64,000 nt of DNA from Stylophora pistillata (lineage: Eukaryota). Position 1 is the first letter of the stretch, and the number at the start of each line of letters is the position of its first letter. Of the stretch, positions 35,301 through 47,969 are shown in pieces. Below the pieces are notes generated by a model. The model was not told where the DNA came from. It saw only the letters and a program-made list of their open reading frames with translations, and searched no databases. Position numbers and translations under genes: made by a program. Location: positions 325,427-389,426 of the forward strand of contig NW_019218015.1 in assembly GCF_002571385.2 (NCBI RefSeq). Reading direction: 5' to 3'.

Positions 35301-37809
35301 TTTTTGACTGCGGGAGTGCAGGACTGCGGGAGCATCAGTTTATCGTTCTCTCTATTAATTATTCTTTGACTGCGGGAATGCGGGACTGCGGGAACACTAG
35401 TTTAACGATCTCTCCATCAATTATTCTTTGACTGCGGGACTGCAAGACTGCGGGAGCACTAGTTTATCGTTCTCTCTATAAATTATTCTTTTACTGCAGG
35501 AGTTCGGAACTGCGGGAGCACTAGTTTCACAGACTTCTCTTTCAAAATTTTTTTCATTGCGGGACCGGGGCATTATTTGGACATTTCCTCATTTAATAAC
35601 TTCGGGAGCACGAGAGCAATCGATTTTAGCAGCGCTCAAAAGTGGCCGGGTATTCTGAAGTTCCTCCCCTATTTCTGCACCTTGCACGAGTCCTCAGGTG
35701 CAAAGTTAAAACCAATCTCCATTTTGCATTTTTAGTTGGTGGCTGTGTGACTTGTGTCCAAAACATTTTTCCTGCATCTCCCATAACACTCTTTAATATT
35801 CTTATGCCCCCACCCCTTTACTTAGCAGTTAATGGGCAGTCAATTTTTAACCTTTCATATTCTGTTTGTGACGACTGACCCCCCCCCCAAAAAAAAAAAA
35901 AATCCTCCAACACCCCCCTCCTCCTCTCAGGCGATAATTAATGACAAGTCCCTCAGTGTTGCCTTACCCTCATATTTTCTACGCTTATTCTGTAAGCATC
36001 AGTTTCAGTCTGAGAGGGATGTGATCGACCATCTGTGAACAGAACCATTACGCTCTCCACTCCAGCCCTATCTCCAGTCGCCTTGGTAAACATTTCTTCA
36101 TCAGCTTTTTTCAAAGCAAGGTCCAGTCGAGTTGGCTTAGACAGTTTGTCGATAGAATGTTCTATCAGATTAAGAACAGCTTCTTCATTGTGGTGGTCGG
36201 TGTCTTTGAAATAGTTATGGATGGTGCTTTTATTATCGAATGTTTCCAACGATACGTGTGTGCCATCTTCTGACACGCCAAACTGTTGCACTAGTTTGGC
36301 TAATCCCGCTTTCACAGTAACGATGTTTTCTTTTTTGATACTTTGGGTTACATCCACAATCAAACCAAGGTCAATGGTGCAGCCAGGCGCTGAAAAGAAT
36401 TACGAGGCATTGTTTTAACATTTTGTATCCTAAGATCAGTATGCATGTTCTCCATACTGTTCTCTACACATTTCCTAAGGTGCTGACGAGGAGAATTTGT
36501 TTAACGATCAAGAGCATCTAGAGTTGGTGATCATTTCTGTTATTAGCGTGCCTTTAATGTGGGATTCAGGGGTGATATTGTAAGAGAAATTAGATGCTTG
36601 TCTTCCCCAGAGGCCGGGTAAAGGCAATAAGCGAAAAGCCGCCGAAGTTTGGTTGAATGACACGCACGAAAAAGATGGACGAAGAGTAACACTGAAATAA
36701 CATAAACGTCATTGTTAGCAAAACTAAAGGACAACAGAAGATCGGGGCAAGTAAGGAACTGGTTATCATTTATCACCTGGGGTCAGGGAGTCGGAGAATT
36801 TTGGGTGGGTGGGCGTTCGGAAGATTTTGGTTGCGTCACAGTAAAATTTTCCCGACTAATCCCTCTCTGAAGTCTCTGTAGAATTCTAATGACCCCTTAC
36901 CCCTTCATTGGCGATAAATACTCTTTAGTCAACCCTTTATAGTGTGATAACGACAACTGATCCCGCCTCTTTTCCCCCTGAAAACCTCATGAACCCTGCC
37001 TAAAATCCTTCGACCTCTCTCTCGCCTCCCCACCCACCAGACATTAAAAAATGACTGTCCCCTAAAGGGATATTATATCTTGGCTTTTCCACTCGAATCA
37101 CATCTTCTCAATTAAAAAGTAGCTGCCGTTATACTGTTGTACAAATGTTGCATTTCGGGTGGAGAAATATTCTAAGGAGCCATTTCCAAACCGCTGAATG
37201 GAACAACCTTTTAACTGGCAGCTAAGAAATATTTTGCTCTAACTACCCTTAGTTCGCTAGGCTGTAGTTCCTCATGGGTAGAAGAAACTGGTTTCAAGTT
37301 TTTCCCAATATCTGAGAACGTATTGAAAATTTGTTGTACAGAAGGCAAATGTAATTTATTTTAAAGAGCTTAATTCAGAGCACTTTTCGAACACATTATT
37401 ATGTCGTGGCTCATAATATAACAGTAATTTTGAAATTGCGAGATTTAATCGGCTGCATTTCACTCACTTCTTTCTAGGATTTTCCAAAAACAGTCCTCGA
37501 AAACGGTTTAACGGGAAGTTCCCCATAACATTAGTACATTAATGGTGATTGCCATGTCACGCCTATCATGACAAACTTCAATCCTTTAATCGACACTTGT
37601 GTGAAAATCGTTTGACTGTAAAGCGGTAAAGTTTTTTTTTTTAGCGCTCTAAGTATAGCTGGTCGGGGCAAAGCAAAACCTCAGAATTAATACTTAAGAC
37701 TAGGTGGACGTGCCTTCAAAGTTCAAGTGAGTTAATAGTTATTCTTACCCGCCGAAACGGCTAACAGCATTGAACTCAGAATAAAAGCCTGCATGCAAAG
37801 TCGTATCAT
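20304..37809 (-). CDS. Secreted tandem VWA-domain protein (matrilin/collagen VI/coadhesin-type VWA), 405 aa, 6 coding exons
   Basis: Exons 37809-37749 (signal peptide [20 protein letters not shown]), 36389-35968, 29163-29004, 23046-22628, 22176-22026 and a putative terminal exon 20308-20304 (stop, AATAAA at 20231-20236). All introns GT-AG, phases 1,0,1,0,1 match, no internal stops. VWA motifs [23 protein letters not shown]. The terminal exon and exon-4 acceptor are less certain. Confidence 0.85.
20495..20683. repeat. 21-bp minisatellite (TCACTCATTGGGAATCAATTT) x9
   Basis: Nine head-to-tail units, one substitution, no spacers. Confidence 0.97.
20748..21105. repeat. Tandem duplication of a ~180 bp unit
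   Basis: CAAATAATGACTGGTC...AAGTAGTCATCCTACAAAAGAGGA occurs twice. Confidence 0.85.
23930..24118. repeat. Imperfect fold-back dispersed repeat
   Basis: GCTGGTATGTAGGTTGATAAT..GAGAGATTGTCC / GGACGATCTCTC..ATTATCAACCGACATACCAGC. Confidence 0.7.
24124..28858. mobile_element. PIF/Harbinger-group (ISL2EU-like) DNA transposon with ~42 bp TIRs, internally deleted
   Basis: TIR CGAG(C/T)TTAAGATCCGA(C/A)GACGGCAGACATCTGGGACGGCAG at both ends, flanked by TTAA. Plus-strand transposase-like N-terminus [30 protein letters not shown] (24282 onward) and minus-strand Myb/SANT-like fragment [16 protein letters not shown]...WKKIA (27783-27932). Confidence 0.8.
24446..27687 (+). mobile_element. Ty3/Gypsy LTR retrotransposon remnant (K02A2.6-like pol pseudogene)
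   Basis: Probable partial LTR ending ...ACAACA (24607), PBS-like TGGCGACGAG (24610-24619), gag mostly deleted. Protease LDTG, RT YLDD, RNase H TDSS/EKEA/TDH, HHCC and integrase DFAG/SDNG/ERLV; in-frame stops at about 24773, 25259, 25526 and 27442; no 3' LTR. Confidence 0.92.
29760..30280. mobile_element. Non-autonomous TTAA-target (Kolobok-like) element; partial second copy at 58460-58700
   Basis: TIR GGTGATTCCTCAG / CTGAGGAATCACC followed by TTAA; the 58 kb copy begins TTAA-GGTGAGTCCTCAG and shares the body. Confidence 0.7.
30475..30618. repeat. 18-bp minisatellite (GGCATTGTGGGTTGTATT) x8 at the 5' end of the LINE
   Basis: Eight tandem units with few substitutions. Confidence 0.95.
30697..34925 (+). 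mobile_element. Near full-length but decayed CR1/L2-group LINE (ORF1 with SGNH esterase; ORF2 APE endonuclease plus RT)
   Basis: ORF1 fragments [19 protein letters not shown]; ORF2 fragments [45 protein letters not shown]; many stops and frameshifts. Confidence 0.9.
35135..35530. repeat. ~50-60 bp degenerate minisatellite (GACTGCGGGA..CACTAGTTTAAC..TCTCT..AATTATTCTTT)
   Basis: About 7 imperfect tandem units. Confidence 0.85.
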
Positions 37810-39678
37810 CTCGTTTTACCTGCAGAATTAAGATGATAAATCATTGTACATGTATTCACTCTACGTGGAAGTCTACCTATGTTTTTAAATTCGGTCTATC
37901 CATGTCGTGAATCTAATGGAGAGGGACCATCGATGAATTACACCTCACCTAAACAACCGTTTGTTTATATTTTATCATTTGGATTCATTTGATTGATAAG
38001 AGATGAAATTGTGGGAAGCGAGGTGGAAACCTGTGAAAGGCAAATAAACTAGAGCTGGATCAAAGAAAGGGAAAGAAATGCTCAGTTAAAAATTGAATGG
38101 ATTCAGGGCAACATGTTTGATATTCCATCTTCTTCTTTCGAATCAATTTTTCTCCCTCCTTTTTAACGCCTTTTGACTATTTTTTAGCCTCCCTAACCAA
38201 TTCCTCTTCCCGTCTCTCCTTGGGATGATTACAATATGATCAGTAAACGTTTGTTTCCCACCTTGCAAAAAAACCACTCTGATGTTTTCTGGATAGGAAG
38301 ACTTCAAGAAATTGAAACCAGCTACTGGACGTGGCAAATTTTGTAATGTTTTGCTTGTCGTAAAGCCCAAATAAGCGGTCAAAATAAAACTTGAAATTTG
38401 ATTGGTAATTAAAACGTGCCTTCGCCTTAGGAAAAAATGGCTATCTTGTAACATAGTGAATTACAGTCTCCGTTGTGGAATGTGCTGAAGAAATGGCTTC
38501 CTATTGGTAGTTTACGACACTTAAGGCCAAGAGCCCCATAGCATTGAAATAATTCTTTTTTTAGTCATGTGTTTTGAAACGCTAATCAAACCTTAATTAA
38601 GGCCAAGGGCGTCATAGCATTGAAATAATTCTTTTTTTTAGTAATGTTTTTTGAAACTAGAATCAAACATTTTTTTACAATTTTAAAATGTATTATCGTT
38701 AACGGCATTAGTAGCTAGTTTCGTTTTCCTTACAGCTTCAAAATAGGGTGCACTTTAAAAAAATTCCTCAACTTTAGTTCAACATCTATGAAGTTCCTTT
38801 TAGTAAATCAAATCTAATGACATAACGCTCGCTTAAAGCTCCTTAACGTGGCCCACCCATTAAAGCTCGCTAATTTGCATATTTAAGAAACACTTTCATG
38901 CAAGGTGCGCGGTTTAAACACTATACCACAAACAGCTCGTTTTAGGTTCGAGAAAGTCGCATCTGTGATATAGAGATTGGGGTCAAATAAACTTTACCGG
39001 TATAATTTTGGGCATAATACTGTAGTAAGAGCATCGAACGTAGGCCCGGCGGCATAATGACTAAATTTCGTAAAAATTCCCTTGATGTTGCAGTTCAACA
39101 AGAGGTAAATTCTGTAGCCTGAGTAATGTTAATGGTGAGTGTGCTGTTCTGATCTTGCACGCACTTCAGTAATTTGATCCAGTAAAGTGTTGTGTAGTGA
39201 ACATCGGTAAGCCTTTTTATTCGTAGCAAGTTTTACCTGTTGAAAGTGTTGGAGGCAGCTGAGAGGTTCTTAAGATATAAATAGCTATCAATATCTCGAT
39301 AAATATCGAGAACCCTGCCGACTGGGGGAGGGTGGGGGGGGGGACAACTGCCATCTAGGCGTATTTTAAATTTGTCGATTTTGCGGAGAGAGCAAAGTGC
39401 GTGAACAGAACTTTTAGATATAATTTTTGAAAAAGGTTCATCAAAACGGTCCTTTGGAAAAAAAAATTAATTATGACATTTTGCAACTGTCGGCAAATTC
39501 TCGATATTTATGGTGAGTGACTCTTATAGCTATTATATTGAACCATTAAATGGGTAAAGCATAAAGAAAAATTTTGAGCATATTTTTGGGCATATTTCAT
39601 TGTTTTCAGCGGTGCCGTTCGACAACATAATGCTCAAATTTTTTAGCATAATTTATATGACTCAGACAGAGATGTCAT

Positions 39679-42600
39679 TTAATGTCGAAATTCAGATTCG
39701 TATTTTTAGGTTCTCCTTTTCATGTTCCCTTTCATTGTCCTGATTCAGTTTATTATCACTTTGGCATGATGTCCTTCCTTTCCCTCCGATTTATTACCTT
39801 TCATTAAGGGGTCCTTTACTTGAGAACAAACGGTCGTTGGTTTCAAAATAACAAAAACATCAAAAGTACTGCATGATTGCATTGTTCCTTGGAGAGTTGG
39901 AAAATGTACTTTTAAGTAATTTACTTAATATGATCCAGAAAAATATTTCGATTTAAGTTTACCTGCGAAGGTTTGGAGTATTAATTCGATTTTTTTTAGT
40001 ATTAATTCGGTTATTTTGCGGCTTTGATATATCATTAGTGCACTATTGTATTCACTGTTTGACTCAAAGCTGTAAACACCGATAAACCACAGATCAACCA
40101 GTTGCACGCGAGTCTATAAAACGACGAAATTAAACCACAGAAATAAGCGATATCGTCATTACCCACGTATCGTTAAAATTGTCGTCTGTTCCTTCTGTAA
40201 TAAACAATTACCCGTTCCTTAGTATGACTGTTTTTCTTGAAACGGATAAAAACTCATAAATTAAGAAGATTGCTCGAGGCGTAGCCGAAAGCAACTCTTA
40301 CGCTTCTTTCGTGCATCCATAACTTCCCGCCTGCCGCCATTACTCGATATACGTAGCTAAGCAGCAATTATTAGTTTGAGGCGTAGCCAAAGCAACTTTA
40401 ACGCTTCTTTTTGTGCATCCATAACTTCCCGCCTGCCGCCATTACTCGATATACGTAGCTAAGCAGTTATTAATTATTAGTTTGAGGCGTAGCCAAAACA
40501 ACTCTAACGCTTCTTTTGTGCATCCATAACTCGATCTATGCTCGTATATCCAGTTATGACCACGCCTCTCGTGCACTCCAAACTTCCTGCGTGCATCCAT
40601 AAATCGAAATAGTTTAGGGTTTTCTGAGTCGCACAGAGTATAAATAAGAAAAATTACAAATTAAGAGATGCTTCATGCTTTGCTTGGGTAAGTTTGAAGA
40701 GCACGAGATACTAAGCGTAAGAATTACTCCAGGCGGCATAGCGACGCAACTCTTACACTTCTTTCGTGAATCCATAACTCGATCCTACGCCACTCTTACG
40801 CTTCTCCATTGCTCTCCAAACTTCCCGAGTCGCACAGAGTAGAAAATAATGAAAATAGTCAAGAAGAACCAGAAATCATTGCAATAAGTGTTGCAATCAT
40901 GAGAATTATTACAAACATCAATTTATAGGATTCCAATAACGATTTAGCCACTCTGGAAGAGTTTCTCGGATCACTAGCGATCTGAAGGGTATAATCAGGA
41001 AATCATGTGAAAAATGGCAAACTTTAGCTGGAAGAGGTTAACAAGAAAATGGAGCTATCTGTAAAATTATCCCGGAATCCTTCCTTCTGTTTGGCTCTAG
41101 GAAGAAAAACAATATTTCCATCTCTTGGATTAAGTTCATGACCATTACAATTAATAAAGACTGATAGTTTCGAAAGAAACTGTTTGGGGCTGCGTCGGTG
41201 GGAGTAACAAAATAATTTGGATATATCAACAAAGTTGAAGTGGTAAATTGGCCACCGTAACGATTACAAAAGCTGATGTTTCGAGCGTCAGCCCTTCGTC
41301 CGACGAAGGGCTAACGCTCGAAACGTCAGCTTTTGTAATCGTTCTAGTGGCCAATTTACCACTTCAACTTTGTTGATATATCCAAATTATACCATTATAA
41401 TTACTTTGCTTTTTGGTGTGCTTTTAAATGAAGGGCTGGACACAGATGACCATGGAAGCCTCATTAGGAATGGGGTATCTATGCTATGTGGGTGAAGATA
41501 GTTTGGTTTTATCAGACGAGTTGATAATGTAAACTGGCCATCGTAAAGAGTTTAAAAGCTGACATTTTGAGCGTTAGGCTTTCTATCAATGTACTTACCC
41601 TGTTTATAAGTGGAGAACTCGATTCATAAACCTCTATTGCACTGAGATCCTTAGTACAAGAAGTCACTACAAATGACAAACAACATAGAAATCTTCTTTC
41701 TTGTATCGAACCTAGATTTTTCTCACAAGCGAAGACTCTGAACCAGTCCTTCTAATTAAATGCTCTTTTGGTTACCAGTCCCCACGGTCTTTTAGTACCC
41801 ACCCAGTCAATTGGGTCGATTCGCACCATACTTATAAAGTTTGTTTTCCATGTTACGCTTTTTAAGGTGGGACCGGTTTCCTATTTTTAAAAATGGCAAT
41901 ATTACCTGCGTTAAATAAGGTTTGTTTATGTAGCGTCCGTTCTGATACGTGAGCACCGAATATAAGCCATGCAACCGAAAAAGCGCGATCTGGGAGTGAT
42001 AAGAAAGACGTTGGGCACTGGATACACTTACTTCGATGATTTAACATTTATACGCCTGGATATTTTGATTTTAGTTTGTGAAAACGAACCTAGGCCTTAT
42101 CTGTGCATCGTATCGATGGCGGAAGACGAAAACATCACGAACTTGAACCATTAAAGTGTGCCTAGTGACCAACAAAAAAATCTGTCGCGCGAATCGTTTA
42201 ATCGAATCGAATGCATCGTTCAGTACGTCCATTTTGTTGGTCCGTATTTTTCCCTACTCTACGGTGTAAAACCGTGGCATATTTTGTGCGTTCTCGTGAC
42301 CATATGTGGTAAAATGATACAGTATTGGAATTAGAATAAGCTGTTATAAAAGATATAAGTATAAACATTTAACTGTACTCTTAAAAAATATCACACTTTC
42401 CTTTCATAGGTAATAATTCAGTTGTTTTTGTTAAGAAGGTCACAAGTATACTCTACAGACATTTTTCCAATCTTACTTGCTTGACTCTACTAACGTGTAT
42501 CCGTTCACGCACTCGTGCGTAGGCTATTTTGAATAAATGAATATTGGGACGGCTAAAAATCGGCCAGCGGTTCGGGTATGAATATTGACGGACTTTTAAA

Positions 42601-42747
42601 AACTATGTACAAATCGTCTGAGCTGGTGACTATGATGGTTCTGCAGCTGCGTCGTTCGGTGTTTAGATGTCTGGACCACACATCGGACGTAAAGATTGTG
42701 TGGGTCCCAGTTCTCGCTTTCACAGGCAGCAAAGTAGCAGCAGTAAG
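39679..42747. repeat. Local segmental duplication, copy B (paralogous to 6692-9412)
   Basis: Colinear with copy A, plus an extra repeat unit near 40.4 kb and the 41154-41390 insertion. Confidence 0.92.
41154..41390. mobile_element. Penelope-type palindromic insertion with 13-bp TSD
   Basis: Flanked by ACCATTA(C/T)AATTA (41141-41153 and 41391-41403); absent from copy A near 8085; ~90-bp near-perfect inverted arms centred at about 41300. Confidence 0.85.
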
Positions 42748-43347
42748 TCTCTAACTCAAAAGAAAATAAAAAAGTCGTGCTCTGTGAATAATAAATATAT
42801 AATTTGGACTTTTTTGGTGTTTCTTTCTTAAAAAAATAATCTAAAAGTATCGCAACTTCCAAAAACGAGCATAATTTTGAGCACAATTTCGAAAAACTAT
42901 AGGGGTAATGTCAGTAGCATAGTATGATAATACAATATAACAACACTTTTTTTAACCGAGAATCTTACCATTTTTAAATTCCTACCCAACAGAATTTTTT
43001 TTACTCCCAGAATTCCGAAAATGACATTAGGTGGGACATTATTATATCAACTCTATTGAAAAGGCAGCCTTATCGTAGTCAATCCAGTTGTAAAAATGCG
43101 ACCCCATCCGGCGGCACAGTCCCGTAAGCCTCTTACTAAGAAGTACTCTCCGCGAAGCTATACTTGCGAAAAGAAAATGGACAGGTACGCCCCGGATGGA
43201 AGAGTATTGGAAGGGTTTTTCCGAAGATAGCAGGAAACTGAATTATTTAGAAAAAATTCATGGTCTTTATTAAAATGCACGAATTTGTAAAAGCACTGAT
43301 CACATGCATGAACTAAGTCAACAGTCACAAGTTTCAAGATACGGCTC

Positions 43348-46300
43348 CTAGAGCGACTTTTCTTTAATCGGCTTCTTCCTGAAGCAACGACGGTACAAAC
43401 ACCTGAGCTGCAAATAAATTGCGGATACAACGATGATTAAGAGGAAAATGAAAAGAGCGAGTACGTCCAAAAGGTAAAGTTGATAAAATGGTAGATCCAG
43501 GCTTCGTGGTCTGAGGAACGACAGGTCACCTAGAGCTTGCGCGTACTCCACCCAGTCAGCGGCTGCCTCTATAGCAGCACGCGGGCGCAGCTTGATAGAC
43601 CTGGAAATTCTAGCAGCATTCTCGCGGTAACTAAAAATCACAAAAAATATCATTAGCTTTCTGCACCTGTATTTTCAAAGTGGACTAAAATGCTCTTTTG
43701 AGATAAAGATAGCAGCATCGTACAAATCCACGATCGATTTTCTATTACCAGCGATAAGTCGTTGTGTAATCCGGCTTACCTTGGATTGTTAAGAACAGTT
43801 TGTATTAAGTTGCCAAGACTCTCCTCAGTTATTGACTCTTTGTACAAAATCTCCGCCATCCCGAAGTGCTTTGCGGCCGCAGAGTTGTCAAACTGATCGG
43901 CAAAGAAAGGCACACAAATCATGGGGACTCCATGATAAGCAGCCTCCAACATTCCATTCATTCCAGCATGGCCAATGAACAAACGTGTCTTTGGATGACC
44001 GAGAATGTCGTTCTGTGGAAGCCAGGAAGACACTTTGACGTTATTGCCAAGGTGCAAATTTCTGCCCTCTGTTACAAATAAGGAAAGCAATATCAAACAT
44101 CTTATAAATTACATACCAAACTACATGGACGTGACTAATTTAGCTTGCAGCAATCGATTCGCTTGTTGGGACAACCTTACTACTTGAACACAGTCTCGTA
44201 AGTTCAAATTTAAAGGTCGAAGCCGCGGATCATAGTCGAAAGTAAGTGGCCGGTTCCTTTGTTCTAGCAAGGGAAAAGCAATAACAAAACAAACTTAGCT
44301 GCTGCATATAAGGTAAAATTAGGTTACCTGTATCAAGTTTCCAGACAACTCTCATTAATAAGCTAGAAAATACAGCTGCCATTCTTTCAATTGTCCGATC
44401 GTCTATCTCTGACAGAATCGATCCAAACGACACAAGTATGACTCCCTCGTCCCCAGACCCCATGACAAACTGTTGAAGATCATCTGGGAGGGGTTTGGCT
44501 GGACTTGATAGCAGTGGACCAACCGCTTTAGTATCTGAAAGTATAAGAAGAAAGAAAATAAAATATACAAACTTCTGGTAGTCACCTTCCTTGGACACAG
44601 GGGTTTTTAATTAGTTTAAGGTGAATATGAAATCACCTGTCAAAGAGCATGCGTGGTCGTTCCACTGATGTTGACGTCCAACGGGAGACTTGGATTCACT
44701 TACATCGCTCAAAAAGGGAGAAAATGAGAGAGAGTGGGACTGGGGGAAGGGGGAATCTAGTGGAGATAAAGACTGCCCTTGATACTCTATCAGGGGTTAT
44801 CGGGATACGGGATCTTTGCTATTTAGGTAGGTAATATGAAGATACGGGAAACTTGAGGATCAAACTAATGGGATACGGGATATTTAAAATAGAGATTCCG
44901 AGATATCGAACAAGAATTATAGAGATACAAAGCACAGAAATAAATGGGAAACAAAATATTGAGGCAAAAAAAATGGAAGGATACGGGATCCTCAGACCCT
45001 CCTCCTTATAGGGCCTCACCCGTGTGTCATGAGATTTTCACTTAGAAAAATTAATAATAATAATAATAATAATTATAATAATAATAATTTCTATTTATAT
45101 AGCGCTCATATCCTGAGCTCATGGCGCTTTACAACACTGTGCGGGGGACTTTACCAGACTGCTAAGCAGTTTACAACCATTAAAGGTAAATCTAACAATG
45201 CCCCCTCCCCCCAATTCCTAGTAAACAGGCCAGACCACATCACAGTAATCTCGTGAGTGGGTTTTTTAACGTCCCCTGCCTAACCAAATTAACTAATCAA
45301 TAGATGCAGGAGACGGGACCTACGGTTTATTCGTCCTTATCCGAGAAGACCAGAATGTCTATCCATTTCTTGATGTTATAGAAAGGTAGCACGTTCTCCT
45401 CAGTTATTTTAAGACCTTGAGTGTTGGTCCGGCCGGGGCTTGAACCCTCGACCTCCCGCACAACAGTCCGGCGCTCAACCAATTGAGCTAACCGGGAGGC
45501 GGTTATTGACTGTAAACACATGATTCTTACTCGGTAATAGAGGCCTTGGATAATCGAGGGGACCCGACTGAACAAGGATAAGGTCGACTTTCTGGTATGT
45601 CTCGTGGAGAGTTTTCTCTGGTGTGATGTTGTGCTTCATCTTCAGTGTTTCATAGATTCCATCAATATTATAACGACCCATCCTGTGAAGGAGGTATAGC
45701 CCAGTATTCTTTACTCTTTGTAGAAAATTCATGTGTTCGGTGAGTCCTGAGGTAATCTCGGGTAGGTAAGAAGGAAGTTGTGCAAAGTTCAGCGGTAATA
45801 TCGAACCTGAACTGAGCGGACTCATCAGGACTGTTACATGAGTCAAGGAGAATTTATCTGCGATCAAAAACGAACACAAGAACAGTGCATCTCCAATAAC
45901 AGCATCGGAAGATTTGATTTGGTTCATGACAACAGGGTTGCTGAGTATTGCATCACAATTGTACAACCATATTTTCATCAGGTTCTCTATCTTGGTCATG
46001 TCAAGTCTGTTGATATAATCCGTTGAATTGAATGCTCGAACACGTGGGTCTTTTGCGGCATACGTCTCACGTTCTCCAACAACAATCAGCACCTTATAAG
46101 GAAAAGAAGCTGTAAGAATAGCAAGAGAACTTGATTTCGATAGTCATAGCGGTAATTACATATACATAACGCCACCACGGAAGCACAAGTACGTAAGTGA
46201 ATTACATCATACGCAGCCTGGGCACCAGGCCCTGCAGAGGCGATTTTTTGACTTGAAGAGGGGTGCATGAGGACGAACACGCGCGAAGGATTAGCGTGAC

Positions 46301-47332
46301 TCTTTGGCAAAGTGTTTTCTTAGCGGTCTTAGAAATAAAATAGAGACAACACAAACTGAAATAGGCATCGGGCCGAGTCTAGTTTCATTATCGTACAGTG
46401 TGTTTTGTTTCCTTTCTGGACGATTACATAGCAAGTATAAATCTCCAGTGAATAAAGTTTGCATATATTACAATGGGTCCGTCCAAATTCTTGAATTAAC
46501 TGAAGAAAAAAAAATGCAAAGGCTGGGGACGAATGGTGAGGCCATTACAAGTGTAAGATGATAATTGGTTTGAAATCATCATCTTATATTATTTTCTCAA
46601 AACGATACGGTTGCGCTGTAGTTATTTATGATAGATATGTTATTTAGCGGGGAGAGGTCAGCAAGGGCAAAAACTGTACGCCGAGGTCTTAGGAATGACC
46701 CCTGGCCTTACGAACAAATTGGTCAATTTCTGACATACACGGCTTTATCCTTCGGAACATAATGCATTGAAATGCCCGGTTGTGTAAATTCTACATACTG
46801 CGAAGATCATTTGGAGCCTCAGCTATGTATCAGGTTCCTGTTCTCTTCTTAATCTTTCCTTTCGAACTTTGCATTAGCAATATGATCACCGTTTGCTCCA
46901 TCGGTGTTGTGTAGTAAGATGTAATGTGATCATTCGTGCCGCGCTACAGATATGGCACCAGTTTCGTAATTTCAATGCGTAAAAAATTAGAGAAAGAGAG
47001 GTCGCAACGCACTCAGGCCGATATTTCAATTTTAGTGACAAATATTACAAAGAACATGCCAAAGTTTTTCGCTTCAAAGGCGAGTACAGAAATCACTATG
47101 TGTTCAGCTCCATTTCCTCAAATGAAAAGCTACCTTAAATTGCGATCACAAGATGAGCTAAATTTACCTCATGTCCTCTGTTTTCCAGCTCTTGGCCCAG
47201 CCTTGCAAGCACCAAGTAGTGACTCTTACCAACCATAGGAATCATTGCAAATTTTGCAGCAAAGCAAATAGTTTGAAATGCAAACGACAATACGATGCAG
47301 CATGCAAGCCTTTGACTGAGAAACAAAGCCAT
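43348..47332 (-). CDS. UDP-glucuronosyl/glycosyltransferase (GT1 family), 501 aa, 5 exons
   Basis: Exons 47332-47168, 46092-45531, 44534-44328, 44068-43780, 43630-43348; phases 0,1,1,2 match. Signal peptide, catalytic-His motif GKSHY, UGT signature WLPQNDILGHPKTRLFIGHAGMNG..EA...GVP...PFFADQ, C-terminal TM helix and KxKxx (KEKSL) ER motif. Confidence 0.95.
45050..45503 (-). mobile_element. Full-length tRNA-derived SINE in UGT intron 2
   Basis: tRNA head GTTAGCTCAATTGG/GGTTCAAGCCC, central TTCTCGGATAAGGACGAATAAACCGTAGGTCCCG, L2-like 3' end GTAAAGCGCCATGAG..GCGCTATATAAAT and (ATT)n tail. Confidence 0.88.
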
Positions 47333-47969
47333 GATAGATGCTGACGGTTTTCTAAATGTCGTAGACTTCTCGAAACGTGTGATGTGTTTCGTGAAAAGCA
47401 GCTCGTTCTGTTGTTGATCAAGCGCGTGGTTCCTTTATGGATACTCGGTTATGTGAATGTTTGCATTTGAGTTCTATAAATACATGTTACGTGACGTCAC
47501 TAAAGATGATCAGAAAGTATTATCATAAGCAGATAAGAGGGAAGGGCTTTGACGGTTGACAGTTGTTCCCTATTGTGACTCTGCCTTTGACGGTTCATAG
47601 TTATTGGGAAGATATTTCTTTCGCGAGTTTAACTCAATATCAAATTTTGGTTTTTTGAATCTTTTAACAATACGAATTATGTTGTGTATTCAGGCCAAGA
47701 CCTATTTAGTCTTTCTGTAACGAAGCGAAGTGAAGTTCATTTTAAGACCTCTAACAATTATTGCTAATTACTTTCAAACAATACCTTCGTTCTTGATATT
47801 GCTATGGGTAATAACATGGTTTCAAATGCAAATTTCGAGAAATTTTCTCTTCTTTTTTCTTTACCACTGATTGTAATCGCAGCCTCCTAAGTTTGTTGTT
47901 GTCAGAGGGACGATGGCAATACATGGTGAAAAAGTTGTTATATTTCTGTAACAAAAAGATTGCAATACA

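Noticed and set aside
42596-42886. Possible exon in the duplicated block (YCCYFAACESENWDPH...)
   Set aside because: An acceptor-like site is present, but there is no recognisable domain or partner exon; coding status is unsupported.
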